Assembly: GCA_965240325.2 (NCBI GenBank)
Contig: OZ251252.1
Span: 744,001-808,000, forward strand
Length of the DNA: 64,000 nucleotides
DNA from: Rebecca billardiae RCC1528
Taxonomy: Eukaryota; Protista; Haptophyta
Direction of reading: 5' to 3'
Part shown: positions 35,711 through 45,729 of the stretch, one piece after another
Numbering within the stretch: position 1 is the stretch's first letter
Layout: each line of letters starts with the position of its first letter
The notes under the pieces: model-generated
Databases searched by the model: none
What the model was told of the DNA's origin: nothing
Seen by the model: only the letters and a program-made list of their open reading frames with translations
Program-made: the position numbers and the translations under genes

Positions 35711-37662
35711 CCAGGTCGTTCCCCCTGCACTGGGAATCCGCGGTTTGGACATACGAGAAAAACAGCCGCAGGACGCACCCGTCGCTACCCGCGAATAAGA
35801 TTTTCAGGTCTCGCGGGTGCGGATGTGCGTCAATCGATGAGCTGGTCTCGCAATCCCAAAATTGAGCCGCAACGAGATAGAAGGCAGGGCGGAGCCCCGG
35901 GTGGCGGCTCGGCAGGCGAGGGCCGACCAAATCTTGACCTTTTGCCCTCGGCGGCAGGCGGGCAGCGGCAAGGCGGCCGAGCGCCGTTGGCGGGGCGCGC
36001 CCGGGGCACGCCGCACGGCGCTGCGGGCGCGGATGTGCTCGCGGAGCCGGCTTGCGTGGACAGGCTGTCGCGGGAGAGTATCTGGCGCCCTCCTGCGCCG
36101 CGCGTCTCGCGCCACGCCTCTTTTCGCCGCGGCTCAGGGCAGCGCGCACGCGCGCGCCGCCTCGAGGCCCGAGCACTGCCGCGCCGCAGCCAACCGCGCG
36201 CGCGCCGTGCGCGGCGTGGTCGGGAAGGAACGGGGGGTGCTGCCGGGCGAGATGACGACATCATGTGCGCACGCCATGCCGCCCCGCGGCGCCGCGAAAG
36301 GGCACGATAACGGATCCGCACAGCTGTTGACGAGTGCTGCTTTCTTGTCGTGCCTGAAGCCAGACCTGAGCTCGAAGAAGATGATGAAAGTGCATCCGCG
36401 CGAGGAAAGCGTCGCACCCAGCACTTCTACATGACCACGCAGTGATGAACATTCATGTAAGAGTTTCCCGCGTGCCCGTCTGGCACTGTTCTGTGTCTCA
36501 ATGATCGTCCCGACAAGGCGGTCACGACCGCGAGGCCGCGTGCACACCATTTGTGACAACTCGAAGAGGCGTGCAAACGGACCGGCGACACGCTCGGCAA
36601 GGCGTGGCGGGGCGGCATGGCGTGCGCACATGATATCGCCATCTCGCCCGGCAGCCGCGCCCGTTCCTTCCCGACCACGCCGCGCACGGCGCGCGCGCGG
36701 TCGGCTGCAGCGCAGGCAAGGCTGGCCTTGAGGCGGCGCGCGCGCGTGCGCGCTGCCCTGAGCCGAGGCGAAAGAGGCGTGGCGCAAGTCGCGCGGCGCA
36801 GGAGGGCGGCAGATACTCTCCCGCAACAGCCCGTCCACGCACGCCGGCTCCGCAAGCACATCCGCGCCCGCAGCGCCCTGGCCCGGGCGCGCCCCCCAGC
36901 GCCGGTCACGACCGCGAGGCCGTGCGGCACACCTGACACCATTTGTGACAACTGGAAGAGGCGTGCAAACGGACCGGCGACACGCTCGGCAAGGCGTGGC
37001 GCGGCGGCATGGCGTGCGCACATGATGTCGCCATCTCGCCCGGCAGCACCCCCCGTTCCTTCCTGACCACGCCGCGCACGGCGCGCGCGCGACCGGCTGC
37101 GGCGCAGGCAAGGCTGGCCTTCGGAGGCGGCGCGCGCGTGTGCGCTGCCCTGAGCCGAGGCGAAAGAGGCGTGGCGCAAGTCGCACGGCGCAGGAGGGCG
37201 GCAGATACTCTCCCGCAACAGCCCGTCCACGCACGCCGGCTCCGCGAGCACATCCGCGCCCGCAGTGCCCTGGCCCGGGCGCGCCCCCCAGCCGGGGCCA
37301 GCGGCATCGCACTCGTGCCCGGCCGCAGCCGCAGGGGGCGGGTCAGAATCGGTGCTCCGCACCCGCGGCGGAGGGCTCCCGCCTCCAGGTTGCACACGAA
37401 GAACTCATTTCCAGCGCATCGATTTCGTGAGCGGACTATCGCTGACGAGGCTGATTACTGCGTTCCACGGCTTTGCCGCGCTCGGGATTTGGCTTCTCCA
37501 ATGGATGGATCTAGTTTCGTCATTTTCAATTGGAAAGCTCGATTAGATCGTTCAAGTGGTCTGATAGACGAAGCGGAAGACTAAATCTGCGTTGCTATGC
37601 CGCGGCCTCGCGCTCTGAATAGGGCGAAACCGCGGATTCCCAGTGCACGGGGAACGACCTGG
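35711..37662. mobile_element. Non-autonomous TA-target (Tc1/mariner-type) element, 1952 bp, 36-bp TIR
   Basis: CCAGGTCGTTCCCCCTGCACTGGGAATCCGCGGTTT (35711-35746) vs reverse complement at 37627-37662 (1 mismatch); TA on both flanks. Confidence 0.9.
35985..37290. repeat. Internal repeats of the TA-target element: one forward ~310-bp unit and two inverted tandem copies (period ~384 bp)
   Basis: 35985-36295 is the reverse complement of ~36600-36900 and ~36985-37290; GTCACGACCGCGAGGCCG recurs at 36521 and 36905. Confidence 0.85.
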
Positions 37663-37849
37663 TAAGCTGCGAGGGCGCCCGGTAGTGAGCGAAGCGACCC
37701 GGCAGTGAGCGAGGCGATTTTCTTTTCTTTGCGAGGCGATTTTCTTTTTTCTTTTTCTTTTTCTTATCTTTTTCCCGGGCACTACAAGGGGCGGACCTAC
37801 GGCCCGCCATACTGATATATTATTATATTTTGCTGCTTGACGATAATTA

Positions 37850-37913
37850 TAATATATATATATACACGACTTCTGCTCGTCATCATATCGCGTCGTCGTC
37901 ATTTTATTATACA

Positions 37914-37963
<50 letters not shown>

Positions 37964-37974
37964 ATATATATATA
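37850..37974. repeat. (TA)n microsatellite tracts
   Basis: TA runs at ~37850-37864 and ~37916-37974. Confidence 0.95.
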
Positions 37975-38107
37975 TTTAACGACGTGGCAGCATCGGACAA
38001 GCGTCAGGCTCAGAGTGCAACAGACACATAGAATGCGTCCGCGCCTTCCGTCCAGGTCAGACAGTGCGCCACCCGCAGCCCTGCCCCCCTACGGGAGCGG
38101 GGCCGGG

Positions 38108-38530
38108 ATGGAGCACCGCCTCGGCCTGGGGCACGCGGCGGCGACGGCAGATGCCGCCGCGGCCGAGCGCCTTCCGGAGCACTTGGATGAGGGTGAGGTC
38201 GTAGTCGATGTCGCCGCCCGCCGACCTAGCGGCGAGCAGCTCCGGCAAGCGGCAGCCGCGGCTGTCGCCCCCGTGCGCCCGCGTGGGCGCCTGGATGAGG
38301 ATGAGGTCGTAGTACGCGTCGCCGCGCGCCGGCCAAGCGGCGCGCAGCTGCAGAAGAGGGGCTTGGAGAGTGAGCGCGCCGCCTAGCGCGCTCTGGGCGA
38401 TGAAGCAGATGAGGTGCTGGTAGTCGATGTCGCAGCCCAGCCCGCCGGCGGGCTGCTGCAGATGCAGTGCTTGATGCTGGGGAACCTGGCCCCTGGGCGC
38501 GTCACACCCCGCACCCCCTGCTCCACCTAG
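38108..38530 (+). pseudogene. Remnant of a 36-aa repeat protein (three 108-bp units) with in-frame stop
   Basis: Units at 38195, 38303, 38411 read LDEGEVVVDVAARRPSG / LDEDEVVVRVAARRPSG / DEADEVLVVDVAAQPAG; many differences between units 1 and 2 are synonymous on +; TAG at 38384-38386. Confidence 0.5.
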
Positions 38531-38835
38531 GGTGGAGCGAAGGGCACGGAGGAGGCCAGCGCCAAGGGCCAGATGGGTGCAGCGGCGTCCACCTGCTGCA
38601 TCGCCCCCCGAGGCGATGCAGCCGGCGGCCGGCTGGAGAAAGAGGGTGCCAGTGCCTATCCCGGACCCGCTGCGTGTGGTTGATCTCCGCGTAATGCACG
38701 TGCCAGCGCAGAGCAGTATATATATATAGTATACGGGCACGGCATCACGGACACGGTGGCGAGTGGGCGAGTGCCAGCCCGTTACGCGGCGTCGGGCGTG
38801 CCGTAAGCCGCGGGCCCGCGGATCAGCCGATGGGT

Positions 38836-41468
38836 CACAGTGCAGGATTGGAATTTTCCGTGACGCTTCGGACGGTCCGCAGCTCGAGTCAGCGAATCCG
38901 GTCTCGGCCGGACAGTGGAACTCGGGTGGAAGCCGCGACTTCGCGGCGGACGGAGCCTCAAACGAGCGGTGCCTCGGCTCGCGGCGCGATCTACTCGGCG
39001 AAGACCGACGAGGCTGCTCGCGGGCCCGACTATGCGTCGACGCGGGCTGGGGTCGTCTTCCGCGTGGCGCTGGGCAAGTTCCTCGCCGCCCTGACGGGTG
39101 CTCTCCTTTCGCCCTCACGGCGCGCGCGGTGCGTTTCGCGAGCTTCTTGCATGCGCCGCCCGCGGTTGCGCCCGAGCCTGATGCTTCAGTCGACACGGCA
39201 GGTGGCTCGCGCAGGGTGGGATTGTGTGCGGGTGCCGCTGGCGGTGCGTCTCACCCTCCTGAAATTGTGTGGGAGGCTGTGACATTGCACGCGTACACCC
39301 CGCCACGCCCGCGGCCCGCCCGCGCAAACGCCGCGCCGCGCAGTTGTCTTTGACCTCGAGCGAGCCTGAGGCGTGGAGGCGACCGACGGCGGGGTGCGAC
39401 TTGCCCACCGACCCGAGCCGCATCACCCAGCGCAGCCTCGCCCGCGACGACGCTTCGCCTGGCTGCCACTGCTCAGCCGCGTGCAAGGCGGGCTGGGCGA
39501 CGTCTTTGCCGAGCGCGGCTGCAGCGCAGCACGCGAGAGGCTGGAGCGCCATGACGCGGATGGCGGAGCGGGCTTTGGGCTGGCTGGCATGAGCCGCCAG
39601 GCTGTACCGTCCGCGCAGATCGCGCTCGGCCCGGCCGCAGCCCTCCTGAGCGCGCGCCTCAGAGCTGAGACTGATCACGTGCACGCGCACAAGCCACACT
39701 GCCGTGGCTGTGTCGAGCAGCTGCGTGTGCTCGAGGCGCGGCGCTCGCACGGGCCACGCGGGCGCAGCGGGTGCGCGCAGCTGGCGCACGCAGTGCCACG
39801 TCCTGCCGCGCCAGTTTGGCGGCCGTCCGCCCCCCCGAGCTCGAGTTCTGCGCGCTTTGCGACGGCGCGGCCGGCCGCGCCCATCTTCATGCTTGGGCAC
39901 GCCAGCATGGCCGCCGCCGGGCCTGCTGCGCGCGCCGAAGCTGGAGGGCGGAGGAGGGCGCTGGGCTGCTCCTACGGCGTGCTGCAGCCCGGGCAGGCTT
40001 TTCCGCGGCGCGGCGAGGCCGTCGCGCCTGCTCGCCGCCGTCGAGTCGCCCGTGCTGAGTGACCGTCGGCCGCATGTGCTCGGCGGCACCGCAGGCAGGC
40101 GTCCCATACCAGTGTGCTCGAGCCGCTGCGCGCACCCAAGGCGAGCTGCTCGAGCGGGCTAGGTGGGCCCACGGAGTGCGCGCAGCTGGCGCACGCAGCC
40201 CCGCGTCATGGGGTGTCGGTTTGACGGTCGCCAGCCCCCGTGGGCTCGAGCTCTGTGCGCTTCACCACGGAGGTGCCGACGGCGCCCCGCGGCGCGCAAC
40301 GGCGTGGCAGCATGGCCGCCGCCGGCGCCGCCGCACATGCCGCCGCTTACGGGCAGTCGAGAGCTTGGGGCAGCACCTACGGCATGCTGCAGCTCGGGCG
40401 GGCTCTGCCAGCCTGCTGTGGCGTGATCGCGCATTTTCCAGACCGTCGACTCGCCCGCGCTGCATATTTGTTTGCTGCGCGTGCTCGACGGCGCCGCTGC
40501 TGCCGCTACGGCCGCGCGTTGCTGCGTCGCGAGCGAGCCCGATGCGAGCTGAACGGCGGCGTGCTCATCGCTGCTGGCGCAGATGGGCGCGTCATGGTGG
40601 CCACGCACGATGCTGAGTGCTCGCGCGTGCCAGACGAGGCGCGTGCTCGCGCTGTGGCTCAATGTCCGGCAGTGCGCGTGGCAGGCCGCAGCTGCTCGAC
40701 AACAGAACCAGCGGGCAGTGATCGGGCTGCGCGCGCGCAGCTGATGGCGGCGAACGAGCGAGCCCGCACCGCCGCGCAAGGGCTGGGCGACTGGCGCCGA
40801 GGTGGCGCGCACGTCGTCCGCTGCCGTTGGCATCGCGGCGGACGCTTCAAGCTCGTTCGGCCGGCGTGTTTTCTCCGACGCCCACCTGCGAGCGCTGCCG
40901 GCACCGTGCTCGGGCGTCAGTATCGGTGGGCTCGAGCACGCGTGGTGAGGCGCTCGGAGCGGTCGACGGCCATGATCGGGCAGCGCACGGTGGGCGCAGG
41001 CCACGCGCACGCCAGCGCCCCGCGTGGCGTGGCTTCACGGGGCGCAGCCACCAGGAGACTGTGCTGCGACGAGCTCGGGCGCGCTCGGGCGCCGCTGCTC
41101 TGCATTTTCCCGAAAAATCGGTTTTCGTGCCCTCGACCGGCGGTATGCCGCCGGGGTGGCCGCAGCTGCGCTCGGAGCAGCGCGCACGCGCACCGCCGTG
41201 TGCGCCCGCCCGCTTTCGCCGCCGCCGAGCTCGAGCACAGCGCTGCGCGGGGCTGCGTAATGCCAACGGCGCATGATTTTTTGCCCGCGCCGAGCGCGCG
41301 TCGGCGCGCGCAGCGCGCTCAGGTGTGGCCTGCTACCAAGGTCTGTGCCACGATTCGACGCGCCTATGGTGCGCCGAATTTAGGCGCACCGCTTCAGAAT
41401 TGTCCGATGATTCGACTAGTGGTGCGGACAACTTAAAACGTCACCCTGAGCAGTTTTCCGGCACTGTG
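38836..41468. mobile_element. Non-autonomous element with CACAGTG termini and long degenerate TIRs (CMC/EnSpm- or Transib-type)
   Basis: CACAGTG at 38836 and CACTGTG ending 41468; ~70-80 bp of patchy inverted similarity (GTGACG, GTCCGCA, AGTC, GAATC, CGGACA); GT on both flanks; diverged internal direct repeat ~39770-40010 / ~40175-40410. Confidence 0.7.
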
Positions 41469-41627
41469 GTTGTCAGTGTCACTCTGTGCGTCTCGTCGCT
41501 CTCGCCGTTGAGCACGGCAGGCGGACTGGACGAGCCTGCTGCCTCGATCGGACAACCAGCTCGGGCTCCGGAAGCACCGGCACAGTCTGCAGCACCGGCA
41601 GCACGGCTCAGACATTCTGTGACCGAT

Positions 41628-42980
41628 TCAGACTGCGAGCTTGCGCTCAGTGTGCACGAGCAGGTCCGGGAACCAGAGGCTGTCGACGGACGGCGGGTCG
41701 AGGTCGGACCAGAAGCGCTCGTCGCCGAGGTGGGTGAACGTGGGCCAGTGCTTCGCGCGCTCCTCCGCCTCGTCGAGCGTCGCGGGCAGGCTGGAGCAGT
41801 ACACGTCCCACAGCCGCGTCTGCAGCCACGTGAACGGCGGCAGCAGCGGCGCGGCCGCGAGGTTCCAATACATCACGCCGCTGTCGACGACGCCGGTGAG
41901 GTGGTGGTTGTACGTGGGCGAGGTGCCGAGCAGGTCGTTGCGCATCGTCACGTGCGCCTCCGTCGCCATGCAGCGCAGCAGGTTGAACGTCGCCCAGTAC
42001 CCGAGGCACTGCACGTTGCACGCCAGCGTGGGTGAGATGATATTTGTCATCAGCGCAGCGGGGCGGCCCAGCCGGCGGCGCGGCGGCGCGGGCGGCGGCG
42101 CGGGTGCGGGCGCGGTCGCGCGCGGCTGCTCGGGGTCGACGACGGGCACGCGCTTCCCGCCGCCGCCGCTGCCGCCGCCGCCGCCCACGAGGGGCAGCGC
42201 GCTGCCGCTGCCGCCGCCGCCGCCAACGGCCGGCAGGCGCAGGACGCCGAGGCCCGGCCGCCCGCCGCTGCTGCGGCTGTCGCGCGGCTTGCTCACGCTG
42301 CCGTCCGGCGAGCCGTGGTGCGCGTGCTCGGCGTGGCCGTGGCCGTGGCCGTGACTCCCGCCGTGCGGCCTCGGCGCGTGCGCGTGCGACACGGACAGCG
42401 GCTTGTTCAGGTCGATCGCCATTCGCCACCAGCGAACCATCGTCACGCCGTCGCCGTCGACTCGGAAGACGCGGCCGACCGAGTCGAAGAGGAGCTGGAC
42501 GACGAGCCACTGCGCGAACTTGATGGCGGTGAAGGGCACGAGCGTGGTGACCGTCCACACCCACGCGTGCGGGAACCGGCGGCACAGGTGCGCGAACCCC
42601 TTCCAGCCGCCGAGCCACCAGACCTGCACGTGCATGCGCCCGATCTGCACGAGCCACAGCGCGGACACGGCGTAGCGCGCGCGGCCGCCGGCGCACCAGA
42701 GGGTGAGGAGCACGACGAAGAGGCCGCACACGAGCGCGATGCCCACCTCCAGCCGCGTCGAGCGCTCGATCGTCGGCTCGGGCATCGACTTGAAGTGCGA
42801 CGGCGGGCCGACGAACAAGTCGTCGCGCGAGCTCTCGCGCCGCACGCCGCCGCCGCCGCCACCGGCGTCCGCGCCGGCATGGCTCGGGTTGCTGGGGCGC
42901 CGCTCGATCGGGCGGGCCTTGGGCGAGCTCGGCGCCGAGGCCAGCCGCTCCTCCGAGCTCGACGAGCGCGGGCGCACCAT
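41628..42980 (-). CDS. Hypothetical membrane protein
   Basis: ATG 42980; hydrophobic segments VGIALVCGLFVVLLTLWCA and WVWTVTTLVPFTAIKFAQWLVVQLLF; complex Trp-rich C-terminal domain; no family recognised. Confidence 0.75.
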   Translation of the reverse strand: MVRPRSSSSEERLASAPSSPKARPIERRPSNPSHAGADAGGGGGGVRRESSRDDLFVGPPSHFKSMPEPTIERSTRLEVGIALVCGLFVVLLTLWCAGGRARYAVSALWLVQIGRMHVQVWWLGGWKGFAHLCRRFPHAWVWTVTTLVPFTAIKFAQWLVVQLLFDSVGRVFRVDGDGVTMVRWWRMAIDLNKPLSVSHAHAPRPHGGSHGHGHGHAEHAHHGSPDGSVSKPRDSRSSGGRPGLGVLRLPAVGGGGGSGSALPLVGGGGGSGGGGKRVPVVDPEQPRATAPAPAPPPAPPRRRLGRPAALMTNIISPTLACNVQCLGYWATFNLLRCMATEAHVTMRNDLLGTSPTYNHHLTGVVDSGVMYWNLAAAPLLPPFTWLQTRLWDVYCSSLPATLDEAEERAKHWPTFTHLGDERFWSDLDPPSVDSLWFPDLLVHTERKLAV

Positions 42981-43392
42981 CGGCGACACCGGGCGAGGGC
43001 TCTCGCTCGCCCTGGGCTTGACGTCACCTCCCCTACCGTGCGTAGTGCGTACCCGCCGCCTCGCGCGGGTGGGTAAGACTTGCTCAGCGCAGCCGGCTGA
43101 GATCGCCCAATCAGCAAGCGCGAAACTGGGCGACCAGTGACCACATTTGTAAGCAGCAGTGGGCACGTGCTTCGTCGTCCGGAAAAAAAAGCCGAAGCAT
43201 GCGCAGCATGGCTGCCACTCTCAAGAGAAGAGTCTGTCTGCAGGCGCTATGGCGAAAGGCCAACGGCCCGCCTCCGCTGCGAGCAGCCAGACGACAGCCC
43301 GCAGTGCCTCGGCGCCGCGCCGAGTCTCAGACCGTCTGATCTCGCAGCCCGCGCGGACCGCGGCCTCACGGCCGCGGCAGCGAGCCGCCTGC

Positions 43393-43812
43393 TCACTGCC
43401 GATGGCGCTTGCGCTCCGGCCCCGCGCCATCCAGCTCGGAGCCCGCGCCGCCCTCGCCGGCGCCGCCCGCGGCAGCCGCCGTCGGCGCCTCCTCCTCCTC
43501 GTCGTCGTCATCCAGAGCGATCTCACTCGGGTCGGCCGCGCCCGCCGTCGCGCGCGCCGACGCGGCCGCGCCGTCGTCGTCGTCGTCGTCGTCGTCGAGC
43601 GAGATCTCCTCCGGGTTGGCGGCGGCGGCAGCGCCGGGCGCGGCGCGCGGCGCGGCCGGCGCACCGCCGCCGCCCACGGGCGGTGGGAAGTGCGAGCCCA
43701 GAAGCGCCGCCGATGGCAGCGGCGGCGCGCCCGGCGGGAGCGGCGGCGCGATCGGCCCAGCCGGGCCCGGCGGGGCGCGCATCGGCGCGTAGGGGGCGGC
43801 GGCGGCGGCGCT

Positions 43813-43843
<31 letters not shown>

Positions 43844-45558
43844 AGGCTGTAGGGCAAGGGCGCGCGCGGCGCCACGCCGCCCGGCGCGTGCGGCGCGCTG
43901 GGCGGCGGCAGCGACGGCGGCGGCGGCGCGCGGCCCGCGCCGCCGCCGCCGCCGCCAAACCCGCCGGCCAGAAGCCCGGACGGCCCGGGCAGTCCAGGGC
44001 CTTGCTCGACGCGTCGGTCCAGGTCCTCGGGCAGCTCGAGCCAGCGCAGCAGCGCGCGCGTCTGCGGGTTCTCCCCGGGCGCCCTCTCGCCCGCGCCCGC
44101 GCCCGCCCCCGCCGCGCCGTGCGGGCCGCCGCCGGCAGGCCTGTAGGGCGGCTTGGATGGCGCGAAATTGCATGGCACGGCGAGCGGCGCGGCGGCGGGC
44201 GCGGCGGCGCCCGCCGGCGGCTGGCGCGCCGCCTTGTCCAGCACCCACTGCACGTCCGCCGCGCTCGGCTGCAGCGCGCACGCCGCGCCCTGCGCCGCGC
44301 CCGCGTCCGCGGCGGTGGAGGCGGCGGCGGCGGCGGCGGCGGCGACCGGCGGGTAGGGGGGTGTGCGCACGGCGCGCGCCGACGCGCTGAGCACCGGACT
44401 CGTGGTCCGGATCGCGGCGAGCCACTCGGCGTCGTAGCTGAGCACCGCGGGGCCCTCGCGCTCGCTCGGCAGCTGCAGCACCTGCAGGAAGTCGCGCTGC
44501 GGCAGGCACTTGTCCAGCGCTAGGAATCGGGTTGCGCCGCCCACCGCCTCCGCCGCCGCCGCCTCCGCCGCCGCCGCCGCCGAGCCGCCGCCGCCCGCCG
44601 CCGCCACGGCCGCCGCCGCCGAGGCGGACGCGCCGCTCGGCTCGGCGGCGCCGCCGAGCAGCGTGTCCCCGCCGAGCGCGGCGCGCGCCGCGTGCGCCTC
44701 CGCCCGCCCCGCACTGCCACCGCCGCCCCCACTCCCGCCGCCGTGCCGCACGATGGCGGCGTATTTCGTGTGCAGGTGGGCTGCAAACCAGTAGGCTGGG
44801 CGGAGGGTCGCGAGCACGGCGGCGCCCGCGCGCGAGCCGAGGGTGTTGGCGCGCACCTCGTCGGCGAGGAAGCGCTTGCGCCGGAGGAGGCCGCCCGTGT
44901 CCCCGTGCAGCGCCACGCCGAGCGGCCAGTCGTGCGAGAGGAAAATGTCAACCGGCCGCCCGCGCGCCTCGGCGCTAGCCGGGAGCGGCGCGGCGGCGGC
45001 GGCGCGCGGCGGCGCGCCCGGCGGCGGCGGCGGCCGGAGCTGGCAGAGGCGGAAGACGTCGATCTCGCGAGTGTGGTAGACGGAACGTAGCGCGTCCGCG
45101 CTGTACGGCGCCGCCTCGAACACGCCCAGCCGGTAGTGCCGCTCGTTGAAGATTCCGCCGAGCCCGCCGATCCGGACTCCGTTCACGTCGACGACGCCCG
45201 CGCGCCCGAGGAAGTAAATGCTGGGCGCGACCCAGCCGCCGTGCGGCAGCTCCTGCAGGTGGTTGGATGCCTCGTGGTTCCCGCCGACGAACAGCGTGAG
45301 GCACGGCGCCACCGCCTCGCCCGAGTAGTACTTGTAGAAGGAGTTGAGCGCGCGGTACTTGGGAGGGCACGCGAGCGCCTCGAGATCGGACGGGTCGCGG
45401 ACGGCCTGGAAGTCGCCGCAGCAGAGGAGGACGTCGACGCGCACGCCCTGCTGCCGCTCGATGAACGCGAGCGTCTCGTACACGCGGTCGAGCTCGCCGT
45501 GCAGGCAGCCCTCCACCGCGACGGTGAGCGTCGGCCCGTCGCCCGCGCCGACCAGCAT
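43393..45558 (-). CDS. DBR1: RNA lariat debranching enzyme
   Basis: VAVEGCLHG, CCGDFQAVR, PPKY, GGNHE, LSHDWP, YWFAAHLH, TRFLALDKCLP and acidic NPEEISLDDD tail; alternative in-frame ATG at 45585. Confidence 0.95.
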
Positions 45559-45729
45559 TTTCGCCGTGATGAAGAAATCCCCCATCAAATCAAAGGAATC
45601 AAATAGGGTCAAAACCGACCAAGCAAACCGAATAAAACCGACTTCGCTGCTGGGGCGGCTCGCTCGGCTCCGGCGACACACCGCCTGCTTTTTCAGCTTG
45701 CACACCGCCTCGGCAGCTCGGCTTGATTG

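Noticed and set aside
5647-37662. Near-equal lengths (1953 vs 1952 bp) of two TIR elements
   Set aside because: Different TIRs, TSDs and interiors; treated as coincidence
38057-39196. 379-aa minus-strand ORF as a gene
   Set aside because: Crosses a TA tract and a transposon boundary; the synonymous pattern favours the plus strand
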